DNA from: Candidatus Komeilibacteria bacterium
GTDB lineage: Bacteria > Patescibacteriota > Patescibacteriia > UBA1558 > GWA2-36-10
NCBI GenBank assembly: GCA_018656065.1
Contig: JABHZY010000010.1
Location: 4,638-68,637 of the forward strand
Length of the DNA: 64,000 nt
Direction of reading: 5' to 3'
Both the position numbers and the translations under genes were made by a program. Below, one piece after another: positions 58,858 through 64,000 of the stretch (position 1 is the stretch's first letter; every line of letters begins with the position of its first letter). Under the pieces are notes generated by a model. The model saw only the letters and a list, made by a program, of their open reading frames with translations, did no database searches and was not told where the DNA came from.

Positions 58858-59676
58858 TTATTCTAAATTAAATAATTTAATAGCATTTTTGCCAGTAATT
58901 TCTATAATCTCTTCTGTGCTCATATTTTTGATCTCTGCTACTTTGGCTGCTACATATTTGACGTAGCTTGGCTCATTGCGCTTGCCTCTATTTGGTACTG
59001 GTGTGAGATAAGGCGCGTCAGTTTCTATGAGCATCTTATCGACTGGGATCCACTTGATGATCTCTTCTAGCACGCCTGTCTTGTCAAAAGTGACTATGCC
59101 AGTAAAACCAAGATGAAATCCAAGCTCTACAAACTGCTTGGCTTCTTCTAGATTGCCGCCATAACAATGCACTACTCCTCGATTTACTCCTTCGTCTTTG
59201 AGCACATTGTATATATCAGTATAAGCAGCTTTATCTTCTTTACCATTTCTACCATGAATTATCAAAGCCAGATCATTTGCCTTAGCTAGCTTGATATGAG
59301 CTCTAAAAACTTTTTCCTGTTTGGCCTTTGCTTCTTCTACTGACTTACCATGTTTTTCCATGGCTTGCCAAAGATGAAAATAATCAAAGCCAGTCTCGCC
59401 TATAGCCACTACTCTATCTTTACCACTATTGATTAAGTCCTGAAAATTGTCTGACTCAAATTCTTCATCATAGACATGTATAGGATGCAGACCAAGTGAA
59501 CTAAAAAAGCTTGGTTCGGCCAAGGCTAAATTTACAGCTTTGAGACTAGTGTCGTAAGCTGCTCCGACATTGATGACTTTCATTTTCTCCTGAAGACAGC
59601 GACCTATCACTTCTAACAGGTCGTCTTGATAAGCTTCAAAATTTAAATGCGCGTGGCTATCAATTAACATTTTCAA
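58858..59676 (-). CDS. tatD: TatD family metal-dependent hydrolase
   Basis: MLIDSHAHLNF, IGETGFDY, HCYGG, ETDAPYLTP. Confidence 0.9.
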   Translation of the reverse strand: MKMLIDSHAHLNFEAYQDDLLEVIGRCLQEKMKVINVGAAYDTSLKAVNLALAEPSFFSSLGLHPIHVYDEEFESDNFQDLINSGKDRVVAIGETGFDYFHLWQAMEKHGKSVEEAKAKQEKVFRAHIKLAKANDLALIIHGRNGKEDKAAYTDIYNVLKDEGVNRGVVHCYGGNLEEAKQFVELGFHLGFTGIVTFDKTGVLEEIIKWIPVDKMLIETDAPYLTPVPNRGKRNEPSYVKYVAAKVAEIKNMSTEEIIEITGKNAIKLFNLE

Positions 59677-60178
59677 AAATAGATTTTAATTCTTTAATTG
59701 CCCCCGGAACAAATGGCTTAACTACAAAAGCAATATTAAGGGCCATATCTGCCAATTGAGAATTTAATATTTTATCTGATAAAACAGTATTAAATGGTAA
59801 AAGAGACATGATATAAACTATAGCTGAAACAGCCAAGGCTCCTGTTATAAGACCTACTACAGCTCCCAATAATTTATTAAGTAAATCAATAAAAGGAATA
59901 ATGTGAAAGACTCTATTGATAACTGAAACAATAATGCTAACTGCAATATTAACAGCTGCAAAAATTACCAAAAACCCAATAATGGTAGCTAGATATTCTT
60001 GCTTCATTTCCGCTATTTCCATTATCCAAGCACCAACTTGTTGCATATAATGAGACCCTGCCCAAATACCAAAGATTACACCGAAAAATCCACCAATAGC
60101 TCCAACTAGCCCAGCTCTAAAGCCTTTCCAGGTAAAGATGAATACTATTACGATTAAGAAAATGTCAAACCAATTCAT
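59660..60178 (-). CDS. cvpA: CvpA family membrane protein
   Basis: MNWFDIFLIVIVFIFTWKGFRAGLV, four TM helices. Confidence 0.8.
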   Translation of the reverse strand: MNWFDIFLIVIVFIFTWKGFRAGLVGAIGGFFGVIFGIWAGSHYMQQVGAWIMEIAEMKQEYLATIIGFLVIFAAVNIAVSIIVSVINRVFHIIPFIDLLNKLLGAVVGLITGALAVSAIVYIMSLLPFNTVLSDKILNSQLADMALNIAFVVKPFVPGAIKELKSIFENVN

Positions 60179-60218
60179 AAATTATATTTTATTAATTTTA
60201 TATATAATACACTAATAT

Positions 60219-60437
60219 TTAATCTCTCTCAATCTCATCCAATTTGAAGTCATTGATGAATAACAAAAGTATACCAACAATAGCTGATACTGCAAAACTA
60301 ATAGCTTGATTTTCTGGAAACATATATACGTCTGCCAGTCCCCAAATGCCTCGCCAATAAAGTATAATAGCCATACCCACAATCAAAGCATATAGATTTC
60401 TGTGTGTTTCTTTTAATTTTACAAATGGATTTATCAT
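60219..60437 (-). CDS. small hypothetical membrane protein
   Basis: 72 aa, two TM helices. Confidence 0.45.
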   Translation of the reverse strand: MINPFVKLKETHRNLYALIVGMAIILYWRGIWGLADVYMFPENQAISFAVSAIVGILLLFINDFKLDEIERD

Positions 60438-60448
60438 ATATTTTATAT

Positions 60449-61879
60449 TTATAATCTAGGAAATAATGGTTCACTAGGTTTTGTAACTTTTTTAGCTGTA
60501 ATAATATCTAAAATCTCTTTAGATTTATTAGGCATAAAAGGTTTAAGAGCTAAAGCAATATTATACAAATCTAGACTCAATTCTTTTAATAGACTTTTTA
60601 ACTTATCTTTATTAGCTTCATCTTTGGCAAGCTCCCATGGTTTCTCTTGATCTATCAATGAATTGTCTTTAGCTATTACTTGCCAAATAGTTAAAAGTGC
60701 TTCTCTAAAACGAAGTTGTTTTAACTCTTCACTGCCCAGCCCCATATCTTTTGTATCAATTTCAATTTGTCCATCAAGATATTTTTCTATCATATTAGTA
60801 ACTCGATTTACTAAATTACCAAGACCGTTTACCAAATCTGCATTATACTTAACTGGAAAATCCTCTACCCTGATATCTGACTCTTGTCCAAAAGAAAATT
60901 GAGATAAAATTAAATATTTACTTACTTCTGCTCCATATTGCTCTACCAATTCATTAGGATCAATGACATTGCCAAGAGTCTTACTCATCTTCTGACCATC
61001 TATAGTAAAAAATCCATGAATATAAAGCTTGGGCATTGGCAAATCAAGGGCCATGAGTATAGCTGGCCAATAAAGTGCATGAAACTTTAAAATATCGAGT
61101 GCCATAAACTGAGCATCAGCTGGCCAATACTTCTTAAAATCTTCCCCCTTGGGATAATCAAGAGCTGTAATATAATTAGATAGCGCGTCCACCCACACAT
61201 AAGTCTTTTGATCATCATCCCAGGGTAAATCTACTCCCCAAGGTACAGATTTCTTGGACCTAGAAATAGAAAAGTCTGGTACATGTTGTTTGTCTATCAA
61301 GCCAAGTACTTCATTTTTTCTAGACTCTGGATAAATAGCTAGTTCGCCTGATTCAATAGCTGCTTTTATTTTTGGTAAAAAATCAGATAATTTGAAAAAC
61401 CAATTCTTTTCTGTGACATTATCTGGTTCTTTATTATGATCTGGACATTTGCCATCTACTAGCTCGCCTTCAGTGATAAACTTTTCACAACCTACACAAT
61501 AAAGACCTTCATAATTATCTTCATACAAAACACCTTTGTCTTTTAGGGTGTTTAAAATATCAGTAATAATTTTAACATGCTCTTTGTCAGTAGTACGGAT
61601 AAAATGATTATAATCAATCTCCATATTTGACCAAGCATCTTTAAACTTTTGCGATACCTTGTCTGTGAAAGCTTGTGGTTCTATGCCTTCTGCTTCAGCA
61701 GCTTCGGCAATCTTAGCGCCATGTTCATCTGTGCCAGTCAAAAAATAAACATTATCCTCTCCAATTTGTGCACGCCAATATCTAGCTAAAACATCAGCCA
61801 CTATAGTAGTATAGGCGTGGCCGATATGTGGTTTATCATTTACATAATAAATCGGTGTGGTTATATAAAATTTTTCCAT
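60449..61879 (-). CDS. metG: methionine--tRNA ligase (short form without a C-terminal tRNA-binding domain)
   Basis: HIGHAYT, CxxC...CPDH zinc knuckle, KMSKTLGN. Confidence 0.95.
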   Translation of the reverse strand: MEKFYITTPIYYVNDKPHIGHAYTTIVADVLARYWRAQIGEDNVYFLTGTDEHGAKIAEAAEAEGIEPQAFTDKVSQKFKDAWSNMEIDYNHFIRTTDKEHVKIITDILNTLKDKGVLYEDNYEGLYCVGCEKFITEGELVDGKCPDHNKEPDNVTEKNWFFKLSDFLPKIKAAIESGELAIYPESRKNEVLGLIDKQHVPDFSISRSKKSVPWGVDLPWDDDQKTYVWVDALSNYITALDYPKGEDFKKYWPADAQFMALDILKFHALYWPAILMALDLPMPKLYIHGFFTIDGQKMSKTLGNVIDPNELVEQYGAEVSKYLILSQFSFGQESDIRVEDFPVKYNADLVNGLGNLVNRVTNMIEKYLDGQIEIDTKDMGLGSEELKQLRFREALLTIWQVIAKDNSLIDQEKPWELAKDEANKDKLKSLLKELSLDLYNIALALKPFMPNKSKEILDIITAKKVTKPSEPLFPRL

Positions 61880-61882
61880 TTT

Positions 61883-62095
61883 TTATACTAAAATTAATGC
61901 CCAAATAGCTAAAGCAAAGGCTAGGGTAAAAAATACTGCTCCCGTAAAACACTTAGATTTAAATGGGCTTTGATGTAAACCGATAGAGCAAGTGTCACAT
62001 TTATTAGCTACTACTTTATAAAATTGATACCAGGCATAAAGAGTGCCTAGCGCTAAAACTCCATTTAGCAAATATAATACATTTTGTAAATCCAT
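61883..62095 (-). CDS. small hypothetical membrane protein
   Basis: 70 aa, two TM helices flanking a Cys-containing loop. Confidence 0.45.
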   Translation of the reverse strand: MDLQNVLYLLNGVLALGTLYAWYQFYKVVANKCDTCSIGLHQSPFKSKCFTGAVFFTLAFALAIWALILV

Positions 62096-62110
62096 ATTTT
62101 ATTTATTTAA

Positions 62111-62599
62111 TTATTTATTTTTTCTTTTACATTCCCGATCAGGGTCTTTAACAAAATTTAATTTCATACAAATATCATGATTTTTAAAACCTGATTTTTC
62201 GTAAAAAGGAACTAAACATTCTCTACAATCCAAGATTATCTTATAACAATTATCCTTTTTAGCAATTTCAATAGCCCTGCCAAGCAAAGCTTTAGCTAAG
62301 CCATTACCTTCAAAGCCCTCTCTAGTGGCTACGTCTTCTATGTGGCCAGTTGATCTACCGCCATAAAAAAACTTTGGCTCAACAAATAATTTCACAGTAG
62401 ATACAATTTGCTCTTTATCACCTTCTTCGTCAGAAACCGCTACCAAAATATAAACTCCTTTTCCACTGGCATTACGAAAAACTTTTTTCCTAGTAGCAAT
62501 ATCCAGATCTTTTATCTTAACTAAATTAGACATGGTCTCAAAAAAACCACTACCATCTACCAAATCTTCTTCTTTTAATTGTCTAATTTTAAATTTCAT
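62111..62599 (-). CDS. GNAT acetyltransferase, glucosamine-6-phosphate N-acetyltransferase (GNA1)-like
   Basis: HIEDVATREGFEGNGLAKALL...CYKIILDC...FYEKSGF. Confidence 0.7.
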   Translation of the reverse strand: MKFKIRQLKEEDLVDGSGFFETMSNLVKIKDLDIATRKKVFRNASGKGVYILVAVSDEEGDKEQIVSTVKLFVEPKFFYGGRSTGHIEDVATREGFEGNGLAKALLGRAIEIAKKDNCYKIILDCRECLVPFYEKSGFKNHDICMKLNFVKDPDRECKRKNK

Positions 62600-62865
62600 T
62601 AATCAGTAATAATTACACTCTTAGCTACTACACCATACAGCTTATCGAGTTGTTTAGTTAAGGCTGTAATCTCTCGAGCGCTACCCTCAACTGTTAAAGT
62701 GATAATTCCCGTACACTTCTTGGCACAAGTACGTGCTGGATTAATTCCCATTCTAGCCATAATTAAATGACCATTAGCAGTTAGTATCTCCTGCACTTCT
62801 GTTACATAACTATGTCTATCTTTCATCAAAATACTAATAGTGCCTAAGTGTTTTTTTACTGGCAT
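62599..62865 (-). CDS. TM1266-family ACT-like small regulator
   Basis: 88 aa; the pattern ISILMKDR...VQEIL...ARMGI...GIITLTVEG...ITALTKQLDKLYGV resembles that family (recalled from memory). Confidence 0.45.
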   Translation of the reverse strand: MPVKKHLGTISILMKDRHSYVTEVQEILTANGHLIMARMGINPARTCAKKCTGIITLTVEGSAREITALTKQLDKLYGVVAKSVIITD

Positions 62866-62869
62866 ATAA

Positions 62870-63532
62870 TTATTTGTTTACTATTATTACAAATTCTCCT
62901 TTTTGCTGACTCTTGTCACTATTTAATGTTTCTAAAATCTCTTTAGCTGTACCTCGATAAATAGTTTCAAATTTCTTAGTTAGCTCACGACCAACTATAA
63001 GTTGTTTATCACAGTCTGATAATTGATCCAAAGCTTTTAATATGCGATGAACTGATTCAAAGAATACTACCGGCCGTTTACTTTCCTTAATTTCGGTCAT
63101 TAAAGTCTGTCTACCTTTTTTGTGTGGTAAAAATCCTAGAAATAAAAATCTATCTATGGGAATACCAGCCACCGATATCAAAGCTGTCAAAGCTGAGGCA
63201 CCAGGAATTGGTACAATTTTTGTATCTGGAAAATTGGTCAGAACCAATTCAATCAACTTACCACCTGGATCTGAAACACCAGGGCTACCAGCGTCAGTAA
63301 TCAAAGCAACATCTTTTCCTTCTTCAAAATATTTAACTAATTTACTAAAGTCTTTCTCATTACTATGTTGATGCCAAGAAATAAGTTTGGTATCAATATT
63401 GTGATGAGTAAAAAGCTTTTTACTCACTCTAGTATCCTCAGCCAACACAATATCTACATCTTTTAAAGTATCAATTGCTCTGAATGTAATATCCGCTAAA
63501 TTTCCAATTGGAGTTGCTACTATATAAAGCAT
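62870..63532 (-). CDS. rsmI: 16S rRNA (cytidine1402-2'-O)-methyltransferase
   Basis: MLYIVATPIGNLADITFRAIDTLKDVDIVLAEDTR; tetrapyrrole-methylase fold. Confidence 0.9.
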   Translation of the reverse strand: MLYIVATPIGNLADITFRAIDTLKDVDIVLAEDTRVSKKLFTHHNIDTKLISWHQHSNEKDFSKLVKYFEEGKDVALITDAGSPGVSDPGGKLIELVLTNFPDTKIVPIPGASALTALISVAGIPIDRFLFLGFLPHKKGRQTLMTEIKESKRPVVFFESVHRILKALDQLSDCDKQLIVGRELTKKFETIYRGTAKEILETLNSDKSQQKGEFVIIVNK

Positions 63533-64000
63533 TTATTTCTTCTTTTTATTATCCATTAAACTCTCAACATAAACTGCAATAGCTAAAGCTACTGGTACAG
63601 CAAGTAATGCTCCTACTATGCCACCCAAACGAGCTCCAGTCATTATTGCAATAAGTACTACCAAAGGATTAAGGCCTGTACTCTTGCCCATAATTTTTGG
63701 CACCATTAGATTGTTTTCTAACTGCTGCACTACAAAATACATAATAGCTACCATTAAAGCCTTACTTGGACTATGAGAAAAGGCAAAAAATACGCCAGGA
63801 ATAGCTGCAATCCAAGGACCAATAAATGGCACTATCTCAAATATTCCAGCAATCAAAGCTAAAATTAAAGCATATTTTATTCCCAAGGCAAGTAAACCGA
63901 TATAAACCATAATGAAAACTATCAAAGACAATAACAGCTGTCCTCTAAGCCAATAACCCATACGATGTTGCATAGTTGTAATCAACTTAGAAACATGAGT
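63533..64000 (-). CDS. AI-2E (PerM) family transporter, C-terminal part (N-terminus beyond the window end)
   Basis: Multi-TM sequence with FEIVPFIGPWIAAIPG and ENNLMVPKIMG. The frame is still open at 64000. Confidence 0.75.
   Translation of the reverse strand, partial: THVSKLITTMQHRMGYWLRGQLLLSLIVFIMVYIGLLALGIKYALILALIAGIFEIVPFIGPWIAAIPGVFFAFSHSPSKALMVAIMYFVVQQLENNLMVPKIMGKSTGLNPLVVLIAIMTGARLGGIVGALLAVPVALAIAVYVESLMDNKKKK

Overview
AT-rich (about one-third G+C by eye), tightly packed bacterial chromosome segment of about 60 genes; all core genes except three (an LCP protein, der, pth) lie on the minus strand. Core content: nrdR-ftsZ-ftsA, dgkA, ybeY, rpsU, hisS, lepB, an LCP protein, der, pth, pepA, secE-nusG-rplK-rplA, gyrB, pheS-pheT, a UvrD/PcrA-type helicase-nuclease, a complete F1Fo ATP synthase operon (atpZ-B-E-F-H-A-G-D-C), rmuC, tatD, cvpA, metG and rsmI. 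I saw no rRNA, tRNA, CRISPR array, transposase or integrase. The gene style suggests a Patescibacteria/CPR-type organism (inference only): minimal spacers, mostly Shine-Dalgarno-less starts, TTGAC(A/T)-17-TATAxT promoters, and a two-helix T4SS-pilin-like module fused to surface proteins. Accessory content falls into four groups. (1) A cobalamin riboswitch sits in front of a transcobalamin-like surface protein. (2) A roughly 14-kb surface-protein cluster includes a 3515-aa adhesin. (3) A 2.1-kb three-gene insertion is bracketed by direct repeats of the pheT 3' end. (4) Most striking, seven compact G+C-rich units sit at four intergenic loci (29.3, 40.6-41.3, 44.7-46.1 and 53.65-54.7 kb). Most of these units have a native-looking consensus promoter, most of their ORFs have a strong Shine-Dalgarno site (rare among the core genes), the clearest ones use GC3-rich foreign codons, and each ends in a hairpin, in all but one case a clear intrinsic terminator. 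Two of them (53.65-54.7 kb) form a tandem paralogous pair sharing promoter and terminator modules, with a fossil 3' end of a third copy. I recognise none of the encoded small proteins. At least one unit looks like a structured sRNA rather than a gene. I regard this dispersed moron-like cassette set as the best candidate for an undescribed system, with function unknown.
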